Assembly: GCF_001194135.2 (NCBI RefSeq)
Contig: NC_068988.1
Span: forward strand, 33,394,560 to 33,458,559
DNA: 64,000 nt
Source of the DNA: Octopus bimaculoides
Lineage: Eukaryota
Reading direction: 5' to 3'
Shown one piece after another: positions 39,223 to 52,841 of the stretch (the stretch's first letter is position 1; every line of letters begins with the position of its first letter). The position numbers and the translations under genes are program-made. The notes beneath the pieces were generated by a model. That model saw nothing but the letters and a program-made list of their open reading frames with translations, made no database searches and had not been told where the DNA came from.

Positions 39223-39457
39223 GCACATTTTCTATTTAGCGAGAGGGGAGACAACCTCCCCACCACAACTGTGTGACATTAGATTGGCCTGTCAATTTCG
39301 TATGAAATTTAAAGCTCATCAGTAATGCTTACTGCAAACCGCAATGGAAATAACATTATTGATGAGCATTGATTTAATGCGAAATTGGCATGCCAATCTA
39401 CAGTTACTTTATTGCGGTGGGAAGGTTGTCTCCCTTGTTAGTAACTAGAAAATGTGC
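39223..39457. mobile_element. 235-bp hairpin MITE (about 105-bp imperfect TIRs)
   Basis: The left arm gcacattttcta...gggagacaacctccccacc...tagattggc...aatttcg...gctcatcagtaatg matches the reverse complement of the right arm. Loop about 26 nt. Confidence 0.85.
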
Positions 39458-39546
39458 TTTTTGTGGCTAAACAGTCCTTTCATTCTTCTAGCAATACTGG
39501 TGTTCCCTGCACCCTTCGTCACCTTTTAGAGGCGGTGAATTATTTC

Positions 39547-39615
<69 letters not shown>

Positions 39616-39999
39616 GTGTGTGTTCGTCTGTGTGTAGATAAACATATTGGTAGTAGTAATTATTAGGTTCGGCAAAGCAAATTACAGAATTCTTCCTTCG
39701 TATATATATATATATATATATATACTTTCATCCATTCCGTTTTTGATCTCGCCCTTGTTCTCCATTGCGATCTCATTATTCTCTTTATATCGCAAATCCA
39801 TCTGAGTGGAATTCTTCCGAGCGGGTGTTTCTACTCACGCAGATACCACCCGAAAACTGCACTGATTCTCGCATTACACTGTGCAACTAATTATTATTTT
39901 ATTTTTGAGGTGGACAGCAAATGTTCTTTCCTATCTGCTTCTATGCAGAAATGAAAGGAAATGACTAGAATTCCCTTCCTTGGTTTTGTATCAAAATGT

Positions 40000-40609
40000 C
40001 ATGCCTCGAAGATAGTGGATAGGGAATAGAGAAAGACCAGCAATTAATGCTAAAATTCACCCACGTAAGGTGTTGCTATCTGTTTGGTGGAATATGAAAG
40101 GTTTAGTCCACTTAAAACATTTGAAGCCAAGCGAAACGATAAGAAAGGAGATCTGCTGCGAGCTGCTTGAGCAGCTTAAGTCAACGCTAGAAGAATAAAC
40201 CACCATCTTTGGTTTCAAGAAAAAGTTTTTCTTCCATCAGGATAATGCTCAGCCACATACAGCGTGGTTGACATCCTGAAGGCTGGAGCAGCTTCAATAG
40301 GAAACGATGTCACATCCACTATATTCGCCGGACATTGCCTCGTCAGGTTATTTATTCTGCAGTCTTCAAAATCATTTGGACGGAAAAAATACGAATTCTG
40401 TAGACGAGAACAGAACAGTAGTGGAGGAGTATTTTTTGTCACGGACAAGTGAATTTTGGAAGAAGTGCCTTGCAAGTCTACCAGATAGATAGAAGAACAT
40501 TGTAGAGAATGAACGACAGTATATTTCAAATTATAAAAGAACTTTATCTTAATTTTGAAAAATGAATGATGTATAAAAAAAAACACATTATTTATGGGAA
40601 GACCCAATA
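40000..40609 (+). mobile_element. Mariner (DD34D-type) transposon relic, 3' half plus right TIR
   Basis: KIHPRKVLLSVWWNMKG...FHQDNAQPHTA...HPLYSPDIASSGY...SLQNHLDGK...LPDR*KNIVEN corresponds to the mariner motifs HDNARPH and YSPDLAP. TIR cattatttatgggaagacccaa is followed by TA at about 40586-40609. Confidence 0.92.
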
Positions 40610-40999
40610 TATACTCCATTTCCAAAATTTGAATGTCTATCCGCATACACAGCAAACCCAGTTGCTAGCCGTGAACTATAAGATAGCATTTTTCAGCTTA
40701 TGAAAAATTTGCACTTTTCTACGTCAATAAACCACTATTCCTGAATTGTTTTTTTAAATGCCTTCTACGAACTGTTCGAAAATCCTTGGATCTTAGTATT
40801 ACACACACGCGCGCGCGCATGCATACATACATACATACATACATGCATACATACATGCATACATACATACATAAAACAACGCATACACGCACACAAACAC
40901 ACACACACACACATATATGTATATATAACTATATCACATTATTGACCGTATTATCGGATGTTGTTATACGTCGAATGTAATAATGCGCTTTTAATTCTG

Positions 41000-41400
41000 C
41001 CTTGATTGTACCATTATTTTCTATTTGGCCAAAATGGTTCAACTATATCGTCCTCCTGTTGTCATGCAAGCCTTGCCAGAGGTTTTTCGGATCTCTTGGG
41101 TACCACTTGGCAAGAGCACGTGTACACCAGCTTCCTCGAACCTTATAACATATCCGGCCTATCAGAATTATGTCTTCGGCATTCTGCGATCACCTTTTTC
41201 ATTCCGATCTGTTCTTTTCACTATGATATTCTTAGCATGAACCTTTGATTGGTCTGTCACATCGTGATCAATAGATATCCCTCTTCATAGCAGCACATTT
41301 CTTGCGCATGTTCCTATCCAGCTTTGAGCCCAACATTCATTGAGGTAAATGCTTTCTTCTCTGCCTTTTTTCTGTTCGGGCATACATTTACATGGATACT
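41000..41400 (-). mobile_element. RTE-like LINE 3' ORF relic
   Basis: AGYVIRFEE...KWYPRDPK..LARL resembles WAGHV.R...W.PR..KRP.GR of RTE C-termini. Heavily degraded. Confidence 0.55.
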
Positions 41401-41479
41401 GAAATATTGATGTGTGTAAACGTGTGTATATGTGTGCGCGTGTTGTGTCTGTGATGTTTGTAATTATGAATTACATATA

Positions 41480-42180
41480 TATATACAATCTCTTTGGGTT
41501 AAATTGGACAGTAGGGTAAATTTCAAAACAATATCCCATCCAAACATTTAAAAAAAATTTTTTATCAATATATGTCGAATAGGTATGGCTCAGAGATAAC
41601 AGTTTTCTGAAAAAATTGCCACCCACGATTGCCATCACCGTGTCAACGAGAAACCGGATCCGGGCGCAAGCGTTCTGTACTGTGTCCGGGGCAAGATTGA
41701 ATACTTCCTTGTTCTCGTCCCCCAGTTTAGTCTAGGTGTTACAGGCAAAGCGACTGGTGTCTTTCTCACCTGCATAGTATACATTATATTTGATGGGATT
41801 ACAATCGTCAGAATGTGGAGGCCAGAAATTGGGTTTGGTGATGTAGAAATTCTCCGACAACAATCTCTGACACTTTCCACAGGTATGGCAAGGCAACGAA
41901 TCCTATTACTACATATACAGCCTTCCATCATCTAACAGCTCCAGCCAGAGCTTGACTAGTTTACAGCAGCTTCACATAGCCGTCTGAATTAAACCTACAG
42001 GAATGTTCAAGTATATGTGGATGAATTCCGGCATGCGGGTGCTGACAGGACACCAGTTATGCCCCTCGCCGTGTATTAAGCTTTAGCAGCCTCCGTTACA
42101 GCTGTCCTTGCCACGTCTTTCAGGCTTTACGGTATTCACAGAGCATCTGGCAGCAGCCTGTATCATCATGATACAGGTAA
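41480..42180 (-). mobile_element. Tc1-family transposase relic
   Basis: RMPEFIHI...LNSDGYVKLL...GRLY...DSLPCHT...SENF...PNFWPPHSDDCNP...EKDT...CNT...EVF...ACARIR matches the Tc1 motifs MPP..F...LN..GY, QQDSAPCH and WPP.SPDCNP. Confidence 0.85.
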
Positions 42181-44300
42181 CGCTTTTTTAATATTCAGAT
42201 GGCCACTAGTACTTCATCACTTTTCTACATCCCAGTTAATGTTGAACTTGTTTCTAGTAACAGGGAGCAGCTTGTCAGTTCGTAGGTGTACCTAGTTGTG
42301 CTCTTACAGTTTTGAAAGCCACATTTAATCACGAGGACAGGCACTGGAAATATGTTATAGGCGAAATGCTTGCTGTAAATCTTGGAATTCTGACAATCAT
42401 TCTCTTTAAATGCTCTAAAAATATGCATTCGTTGCATTTTCTTCACAGATAGGTCTATCAAAGCGCACATTTCTTCCACGCGTTGGTTCGTACATTGTGT
42501 CTTTTGCCAGAGATTAAGGACTGAGTTTTGAAGCCGTTTGTTTTAGTAACTTTGATACGTTTCCCATCTTTTCCTAACAAAAATGCATATTTTCTCCCAT
42601 CAAATTTCATTCCAGATTTTTGTAATTTTATATGAATTTACAGGTGTATACACATATGTATGTACATATTCATGTGTGTATGCATGGTATACATTGTTTA
42701 AGCATAATCGAGATGGGTAAAATTTGATCCTAGATCGCAGAGTCAATAAACTTTTTGCTCTAATGCGTTTCATTAAGCATATATCCAAGGTTTCCTTTTT
42801 TTTCCCTTTTTTGTTAAGTCAAATCGTTACCTTAACCTCCAGAATAGATATTGACAAATGAAGAAATAACCGGTCAATGTTTGCTTAATCAACTAAAGAA
42901 GGAAGCCAAGATGTGAGAGCGTGACGAAGACACAGAGATAGAGAGAACGATAAAAAGAGAAAAGGAGAAATGAAAAGAAATGTGGTCAGTGTTCTCTTCT
43001 TCTCTTCCCGTTCCCGTTTATTTATTTATTTATTATTTAAAAAAAAGAGAAGTTTTGAATGGTTATAGATTGATCAGCAATGATTATTAACGAAACGCGA
43101 GAAGAGCAAAAATATAGCTAAATCAATAAAATTATATCAAAGAAGGGCGTGAACCATGTATAATTCATAAGAATAATCGGACTGTAATATTTGTTATAAT
43201 TTGGGGATGAAATTGTATCAGAATTAATTGTTCAGCTTCACAGAAGCATACGTGTGAAGTAATGGGTAAACATTACAAAGTCAAAACGAACAAGCTTTGA
43301 AGTTAACTAGCGTTATTTAGACCAATAGAGTCGAATACTTGAAATTTTATATGATTATTTATGTTATACTTTTGATTGTTATTTTTTGTGCGATCTTCTG
43401 TTTTTATTTTCATTTTTTGTATTTTTGAAAAAATAATTTTGTACAAGACAGAAGGAAAATTAATAATGTGACTGTTGATCGATTATTGATTTTCTCTTGA
43501 GATGTGAAAGACACAGTGATTATTCACATGTGCCTGTATGCGTGCATATAATACATATNNNNNNNNNNTATATATGCATGTGTGTTTGTATGTATATGTA
43601 CGTATGCGTGTCTGTGTGTGTGTGTGTATGTTTGTATAACATCAGATATGTATGCCTATGTAAGTTGATAAATATGGAAGAGAAAGAGGAAGAAGCAGGA
43701 AAGTAGAGGTAAAAAGGCAAAAACAAAGAGATTGAGGAAATCATTTCGTGTCAGAGTTAGAAAACGCGTTAGCTTCGATCTACGAACTACAAAAGCGAAA
43801 TTCTGACCTATATTATAGTAGTGCTCACTAATATTGCGATGTTGATAATTATGAGGATGATGATGATGTTGGTGTCGCTGATGAAGACGGGAAAGTCGAT
43901 GACGAAGAACAATGATATACTCGAGCAATGAAGAACCGCATTAAAATCGGAAGGGAAATATAAATTCACTTAAAATATATTACATGCTGCATTCAGAGAT
44001 CGTGTTGATTTCTTTCAGCCACTATTCTTACTACTGCAGATGTTTCTAATTGTTTTATATACACAAGCTGCTTAGATGACTGTACTTGGTTAACCCTATG
44101 CGCAAGCTACTTCGATTGTTCATCGGAAAATAGATCAAAATAACATAATTAAGAAACCTGCACCAAATGGAAGTGCTTACAAAAAAAAATACAATAAAAA
44201 ATATCCCATGAACACTATCAATCCTTTCTGTGATAGAACATGCATACGTATAAACATACATACATACATAACCCCACCAAAAAAAAAAAAAAAAAAAATA

Positions 44301-44510
44301 TACGAGGGATTGATGAAAAGTTCTTGGTTTTGGAGTAAAAGAAAATAGAGGAGGTTCAATTAATTATGATTTTATTCAACATATTCCCTCCTGAAATTCA
44401 CACATTTGTTGCATCGGTCCTTCAGGTTCTCTCAGCCTTGTGAATGAACTCGGAAGTTTGGGCCTCCAACCAGTCCTTTCGCGAGACCGATAAAGCCAGG
44501 AACTAGCACC
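44301..44510 (-). mobile_element. Mariner transposon 3' end (TIR plus transposase C-terminus)
   Basis: TA followed by cgagggattgatgaaaagttc is a mariner-type TIR. The minus strand gives DWLEAQTSEF...DRCNKCVNFRREYVE*, matching the KCV...G.Y.E* terminus. Confidence 0.8.
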
Positions 44511-45647
44511 CCGTCATATGATGGTGGCTGGGACATTACACACTCCGCAAATTTGCATCAATGTCTTTCAGTAAGTCGAGATCGCTGCCTAAGTGTAAAC
44601 ACTATGCTTCAGCTTTTAGTTGTATGCCTTTGATACCGTCTGTAGGGTTTTGTACTGTCATTATCATCACCAATGTTCAACTTCTGGAATGAAAACAAAT
44701 TTGCTTAATTCCTAGTAATGATTCTAGGTGATGGATTGTCCTTAAAAGCATAATTTGTTGTATATTTTAGCTGCAATTATTGATAAACTGTTGCCATCCT
44801 ATTATTAGGCTTACAAAAAATTTGGCACCTGGCCACTTTCACTTAAGTAGAGNNNNNNNNNNNNNNNNNNNNNNNNNNNNNNNNNNNNNNNNNNNNNNNN
44901 NNNNNNNNNNNNNNNNNNNNNNNNNNNNNNNNNNNNNNNNNNNNNNNNNNNNNNNNNNNNNNNNNNNNNNNNNNNNNNNNNNNNNNNNNNNNNNNNNNNC
45001 TATATTTTTATGATTTGTTTTGCCATTTGCAAAACACTGAACAATTCATTATTTCTTAGTTGTTAAGTTCACTTTTATATTCACAATTTCACCTATGAAA
45101 ATCTGTGGCTGCCTGAGAAAGTTTATAGACGTGCAAATTCCATTTATTTAGACATTCGAATTTTAGGATGAGTTCTTTATTTATTTTTTCCTTTCTTCCT
45201 GAAATTGCTTTCACAACAGCCACTGCAAGTCAACATTATTTGAATTTATTCTATGTACAAGTTAAGTTTCAAATTCATATGTATATATTTCATATAATTG
45301 CTGTCTTGCATTTCTGACGCTTCTTTGTTAGTTGTCGTTTATTTATTTTAGGTGTAGTTTTATATTATAAGCTCCTTTCAATTTTTTTCATTTCTTATCT
45401 CCGTGCTTATATACATACGAAAGAATTGAAGAATTACACACACAACCGACACATACATGCGTATGTAGGCGTCTATGTTTTTTTTGGATGTGATTTTTTT
45501 ATGTGTACGCATGCAATGTATATATATATTTAAGAAAGAAAGTTTTGCTTCTATTGAAAATGTATCACTTCTCAAACGAATATTTACGAAATTTGGCACG
45601 ATACTCTCGATTCCACTCCAAATATTCCATAACGGTCAAGAAATATT

Positions 45648-45810
45648 CTTTTCTACTCTAGGTACTAAGCCCGAAATTTTGGAGGAGGGGGCCAGTCGAT
45701 TAGATCGACCCCAGTACGCAAATCGTACTTTATTTTTCGACCCCGAAAGGATTAAAGGCAAAGTCGACCTCGGCGGAACTTCAACTCAGAATGTAAACAG
45801 ACAAGAAATA
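45648..45810 (-). mobile_element. Family A SINE
   Basis: The reverse complement closely matches 49220-49370. Confidence 0.9.
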
Positions 45811-46403
45811 TTAAGCATTCCATTAGACTGTCAACTTGAGAAAGGAACACAGTTCATTTTAAATAACTGTTACAGTTACAGGAATATTTTGAAGTGCATT
45901 AGACTGTGAGGTCCACTTGCTCTTCTTCCTCTCCCAGTTGGTTTAATATGTCTTCTCGTTCGAACACGTAACCGTTCACATTCAGGTATCAAAAAGCACA
46001 TTTCATATTGCGTACCAGTATAACTATTCATCACACACAAACACACTCACATGCCCGCAAAAACACACACACGGGCGCATACACACATACATCTAAGGGA
46101 AATAGCGAGTGTAAGATGTTGTGGAGCGCTTTTAATGGTATGAGTGAGTTTAATGGTATAATTTTATATAGTGACTGTTTTTTTTTATATATCCAAGATT
46201 ATAGCATTTTATATCCCTTGTGTAGCAGGTTATATAAATATAAATTCAAAATTCTATACACGGACTAAAAAATTAGTGGCAAGCATAAACGCCTAATACT
46301 TTTCTGCAACAGTAACATCCACCCTTAGGGGTCAGCCACATTTAAATGGCAAATATACTTCACTTTATCGTGCAGTTACTGTTAACACCTCGTTCAGAGA
46401 TTT

Positions 46404-46445
<42 letters not shown>

Positions 46446-47041
46446 CCTTTTTTGTGTATTTCTTCTGCGTATTCTTGTAAGAAAAATTCTTTTGCTACTA
46501 ATGCAACCAGTTAAACATGCATTTCCACTTTGAAAACGGCTAATCAAAGCTTGAAACTCATACCTGAGACACTCACTGTAAAAAAATCATTAATATTCAA
46601 ATAAAAATTATCCCTCAAAAAGGCCATCTCTAATCATTTTTTCAAGTATATATATGTATATATGGTCCCCGTTCTATTCGACAACCATATTCTTTCACAC
46701 GTAACTAAAAAATATGTTTCGATCATTATTTTATACTATTGTAGTCGCATGTCTCACTTCTAATTGACCCGCTGTATCTTTTCGTGTTTTTCCGAGTACT
46801 TTGAACCGAGTTTGGCAAGTGATGGCTTGTGTTTTGGCATTTTGTACGCTCCCTGCGTATGCAATGATAAAATGTATCGCTTAGATCCGTGTCCCCCTAG
46901 CATTTCATACATTGCCTCCAATGTAATTTTTCTTCAATTCATATCTTAGAAGTTTTACTTTACTCGAAAATTATTCTCATACACTCAATTCACACTTTGT
47001 CTTAATAAACATGTTGGCATTTAACATCTACGTGTATGTAT

Positions 47042-47096
<55 letters not shown>

Positions 47097-49153
47097 CACG
47101 TTCTCACACATGTCCACTGGGATAGCTAGCAGGTTTATTAGAAAATAAATATTAGCGACGGAACATTATTAATACGTTGAATCACTCACATATATCTTAG
47201 AAGAGTGAAACCATTTGGCATGGGCGCTAGAAGAAGCAGATCACGTGATTGTGTTTTAAAATACCTCTTGGTTATTTGCAAGCATATTAGCTGAAAGACC
47301 ATTATTATTCAATAAATTTGTTCAAGGCGTTTCCCCAGCATGTATGCACTCTAATCAATGACACAAGTAAAAAATACAATGTGTTTGTGTGTATGTGCGT
47401 GCGTGCATGCGTATGAGGGTGCATGCATATGTGTATGTGTGTGTGCAAGTATGTATATCTGTATGTATATACATGTATATAACAGAAGCAAATATGTGGA
47501 CTGAGATAATCATGAAGCTATACGTTTGTGTGTGTGTGAGAGTATGCATGTATATGTATCTACATATCCATAGATATATAGAACATATATACATATATAC
47601 ATACGCACATATACATAATTATAATTATACAGATACACGTACATATATGTAAGTGCATGTAAATATATATATATAGATAACTAAATATACATAATTATAT
47701 CTACGACGTGCTTTGCTTCGCCGAAACATGCCTAGCCGATTAATTTTATCTTCATTTTGCAATCAATGGATAGATAATTCAGCGACTTTTCGATGATCGG
47801 AATGCAGGACACAGAATTATAGTTACAGTTATGTCAGAGAGATATCGTCACCTTCTCACATATGCTTATAGTTTGTAATAATACCATAGGGCTCCACCTA
47901 ACTATATATAAGTAACACTGTGTTACTTATATATAGATTCTAGTGTTTAGCACTACGCTAAACTAAAGCAACAATCTTTACATTTGTTTGCCGTTATACA
48001 TTTCGTAACAGTATCCTGATATTTCTCAGATATTTATACATCAGAAACATGATGAAATTTTTTTCGGGAACGATGCGTCTTAATAATCTTTATTAGGTAT
48101 TTTACATGAGAAGAATAAAAAGTGGTCCATAAGAAAAGATTTGTAGCAGTTACGGTGAACATTTAAGATATCGCTGTTTAAATATTATTAGTTAATCACT
48201 AACTAAAATAAATCGGAGTGTAGTTTGAACCTATAATCGTCATCTTATAGTTTAAGATCATTGTAGCATAGATTTCTGTAATATATTCGTTGATTTAATG
48301 ATGCCAACATATGCATATGCACATTTCATACATCATATTATTAACGGATTTTGTGTACATTCAATATCATTTTATTAACCTTCATTTACAAATATTTTAG
48401 GTCGATCATCATTGTCATTAGAAGAACACGGTAAGAAATTCAGAGACGATAATCAACTTAATATATTCATAAGCGTAGTTTATTATATGGAATTTGATAT
48501 AAATGGGTATTTAACGATACCGGAACCCATGGATACACAAGAGCAATGACATGGAACCATTTTAAACGGACAAAAATTGAATGTTTTCTGGTGTATAGAA
48601 AGGCTCACAATTTTAGTGTGGACATTGTACAACATTAGTTCTAGAAATGGTTTTATAACTTTACCACATGGAGCGATGAAAAGCAAAGTTGAATTCATGT
48701 GAATTTTAGATTTATAATTTTAGGAGATTAACAATATTACGAAAAAGAATGTTTCAGTTCACAACAATTTTTTTATTACAAAATTAGACAAAAACATTTT
48801 ACATATTAGACGTAAAGGCATTGGTGTATGGTTAAGAATTTTACCTCGAATCATTATCGTTCCGGTATCCTTCCCGCCCCAAAATATCCATAGACTATTT
48901 TCCACCAAGAGCATCTTTGTGTTACCACGTATGTGTGAAATTCAATGAAAGGTAACTGCTGAAACACGTTGAATATATCCATATATTTACTTACCTAACC
49001 TTATTTCACATATAATTATTTTATGCGTTCTCTAAGTTCAAGAAATAGCAGCCAAATCGCCCTTATATACCAGCATAATATCCTGTAAATGAATTTACAG
49101 TCAAGTAATAGATACTTTAATACAATATACAATATTTTACTAATATAGTCATG

Positions 49154-49370
49154 CTAAAGCAGCGAGCTGGCAGAAACATTAGCACGCTGGGCGAAATGCT
49201 TAGCGGTACATCGACTGTCTTTCCGTTCTGAGTTCAAATCCGCCGCGGTTGACTTTGCTTATCATCCCTTCGGAGTCGATAAATTAAGTACAAGTTGCGT
49301 ACTGGGGTCGATCTAATCGACTGCTCCCCTCCCCAAAAATGTCGGGCTTTGTGCCTAGAGTAGAAAAGAA
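49154..49370 (+). mobile_element. Full-length tRNA-derived SINE (family A) with 13-bp TSD
   Basis: A-box-like tggcagaaacattag and B-box-like gagttcaaatcc are present. taatatagtcatg is duplicated at 49141-49153 and 49371-49383. Confidence 0.93.
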
Positions 49371-49654
49371 TAATATAGTCATGGCTGGCTGGAACATATG
49401 GAGTCTAAGTTTTACTTTAGAACAAAGCTACGACTTATGCAATGTAAAATGTAAAATTAGTAGAAGTGTGCATGAATTGTGTTGCTCGTCCCGCTAGAAA
49501 ATTAAGCTAAATCTCCTCTAACTTTTCACACTAATGTATTAGCTAAATATCCAATTACCTGAATATTTTAAACCATCTTATCCGATTAAAACGATAGAAT
49601 AATCACAGCTATAATGCAATTCATTTTACGTTTCCGGATCAACACAATGTAAAA

Positions 49655-49900
49655 TATATCAACAATATAAACAACATAACAACAATACGACAAAGCATAA
49701 TATAAACATAAAAATATAACAAAATATAACATTATAAACAACAATATTACAAAACATATCGATGTAAACAACATAGACAACATAACAACAATACAACAAA
49801 ATATTACATTATAAACAACTTACCAATACAATAAAATATAACAATATAAACAACATAGTAAGAATATAAAATATAAGAACAGAAACTATATAATAACGTT
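49655..49900. repeat. Degenerate AAC/AAT-rich minisatellite (recurring aacaatataaacaacata-like units)
   Basis: Directly visible; nearly G-free on the + strand. Confidence 0.75.
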
Positions 49901-50389
49901 ATAGGGATGAACAAAAATCTATAACTTACTATGGTTTCAATGAGTAGCATGATTTAAAAAATCACCTCAGCGTAATTGTCTTTGTCATAGAATCCAATAT
50001 TCATATTCATAAGCGTTTATATAATTTGGATACTAACATATACGTGTGAAGTTGCAATAGTAACTGGAATCAATCGGTTTCATGCATTTTGATCTTCAAT
50101 AACACAGGTCGATCATCGATAGAGAAACTGAATTGTAGAAAGTCTAATAATGAATACTTTGAATATGTATGAAAGGAAAGCGCTGAGGAATATATTAATA
50201 CCCATCACGCGAACGAGAATAATAATAGAATTATTCGAGTATTCAGGGTCGTTAATATCAAAACGTTTTAAAAGTACATAACAGTGTTGCTGTTTAGTCA
50301 CATTTCACTCCTGGTCGAGCAGAAACAAGATCAAAGTCATAACGGCCAAAATTCAAGTCTTCTGCTTATTAAATACATACATTTCATTC

Positions 50390-50436
50390 TATCTATCTAT
50401 ATATCTATCTATCTGTCTGTATGTCTGCCTGTCTAT

Positions 50437-50494
<58 letters not shown>

Positions 50495-50525
50495 GTCTGT
50501 CTGTCTGCCTGTCTATCTATCTATA

Positions 50526-50606
<81 letters not shown>

Positions 50607-50693
50607 ATCTATCTATCTAGCTAGCTAGCTATCTAGCTAGCTATCTAGCTAGCTATTAACCTGTATGTCTGTCTCTCCATCTATCTATCCGTA

Positions 50694-50740
<47 letters not shown>

Positions 50741-50760
50741 TTATTTATCTATCTATCTGT
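50390..50760. repeat. (TATC)n tetranucleotide array with a (TAGC)n patch
   Basis: Directly visible. Confidence 0.97.
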
Positions 50761-51764
50761 CAATCTAACGATCAATTTATAAATATGGTGTATTCAATGG
50801 ATGTCTATTACAAGAAATGTATTGGCTAATATGCCCTTTCAATTTAAGACACGAAGATGTGATTGAGGGAATTTGATTTCAGGACATATTACATATGTGA
50901 GATGTCTAAAGATACCCACGAATGTCAGTCATCTCAGTCAAAATCATTATGAAGTAAATGTTGGTGGTAAAGATAGTGTTGTCGAGTCTAAAGAAGGTGA
51001 TATATATCTTCCAGCAAAACAGTACTGAAAGGTAACAACTTCAGTGGGATATATATTTGAAACTATGATATATTTTCTCCAAAATCAACTGCCATAATTT
51101 GTTTCCAAAATACCTTTGATATTCGTTTATTGGTACTTCAGCTTCCTATCCACATTTCTAAATTCTTTCAGTAACATAATTCAACTATGTGTAAGAAATA
51201 AACATAGAGATAACATCATCTAATCTGTTGAAGTGTAACAAGTATTTATAATCAATGAGTTAAATTGTATATATGTATATGCAGCTGTGTGTCTATATTT
51301 CAGAATGTTCATACTCAATGTGATATCAGTTATAAAAAAAAAACATTCTTTTGAAGAAGTTATTTTATGAATAATGAAACTAACCTAATTTATTGTAAAT
51401 TCGCTGGCTTGCATTTTCTCACGCAATAAAATATATTCTCCAGTAACTATTTCCTTTGCATCTTAGATCTAAACGTATTTTATTTTTGTTTAGTTTCACT
51501 CGTAAAAGCAGAAAAGAAATAAAATTTACAGAACTTGTAGTAATCTGTTAGAATGAAGAATGTTGCGTTCAATGTATTTATAAATGTTTTTCACGTATTA
51601 GCCAAAGCTCACCTATTTCCATCTGAAAGGTTATCGGTTATTAGAAGATAGAAGGAAACCGCTGATTTGTACGAAATATGAAAAGTAATTTAGGGGATTC
51701 GAATAACCGAAATGTTGCTTCCATATCTAACTCGAAAGAATTATATTCAATACTGGTTTTAAAT

Positions 51765-51968
51765 TTTGGTACAAGGCCAGCAATTTCGGGGAGGGGTTAA
51801 AGTCCGTTACATCGACCACATTATTCAGTAGGTGCTTATTTTATCGAGTCCTAAAGGATGAGAGGCACATTCGACCTCGGTAGATTTTGCGCTCGGAACA
51901 AAAAGACTTCTGAAATGCTGCTAATCATTTTACCTGGCATGCTAACGATTCTGGCAGCTTGCCGCCTT
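51765..51968 (-). mobile_element. Family A SINE, full length, diverged
   Basis: Tail ggtacaaggccagcaatttcggggagggg through head gctaacgattctggcagcttgccgcc; the reverse complement matches 49154-49370. Confidence 0.82.
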
Positions 51969-52269
51969 GATTATATTTAATATTACCTCTGGATAAAAAT
52001 AAAACGTAAAACATGAGATAATAACAGATTATAAGAGCTGCCGCTGAAATAACTCACTATAGGAATAAGATTGATAAAAATATGATCTATACACCGTTAC
52101 TGTATGCTACTGTATTATCATGAGCTAGCTGTATTTATTGTTGATCAGGAACTAAATAACAAGATTATATCGGAAAATAAAACGTGATACTGGAATTGTA
52201 AACCTTATTTAAATATTAAATTCCCATATTCGACAGTGTTTCCAGCATAACTGAAAACGGCATAAATAT

Positions 52270-52610
52270 GGTGTGGAACCTTGGGCAAATGATTTCTTCT
52301 CTAGCTTCGGACCGAACAATGCGTTGTGAGTGGATTTGGTAAAAGGAAAGTGAAAGGAACACGTCATATGTGTGTGTGTGTGTGTGTGTGTGTGAGTGTG
52401 TGTGTGTGTGTCTATATTTGTTCCTATCATCGCTTGACAACCGGTGTTGGTGTGTTTAAGTCCCTGTAGCCTAGCGGTTCGGCAAAAGAAACCGATAGAA
52501 TAAGTACTCGGCTTACAAAGTAATAAATCCTGGTGCAAATTGCTCGAATAAAACCCTTCAAAGTGATGCTCCGGCACGGCCGCAATCAAAAGTTAGAAGC
52601 AAGTAAATGT
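52270..52610 (+). mobile_element. Family B SINE with internal (TG)n
   Basis: accttgggcaa...gtgagtggatttggta...(tg)n...atcgcttgacaaccgg...gcggttcggcaaaagaaaccgatagaataagtact...gctccggcacggccgca; its 3' half matches 55368-55560 in reverse. Confidence 0.85.
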
Positions 52611-52808
52611 ATAAATGAAAAGAATATCTATCTGTGTATCTCTTTATCTATCCTTCTCTCTGTATATATATNNNNNNNNNNNNNNNNNNNNNNNNNNNNN
52701 NNNNNNNNNNNNNNNNNNNNNNNNNNNNNNNNNNNNNNNNNNNNNNNNNNNNNNNNNNNNNNNNNNNNNNNNNNNNNNNNNNNNNNNNNNNNNNNNNNNN
52801 AGATAGAT

Positions 52809-52841
<33 letters not shown>

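Noticed and set aside
49160-49245. tRNA-like A/B boxes
   Set aside because: These are SINE heads with no cloverleaf or acceptor stem, not tRNA genes.
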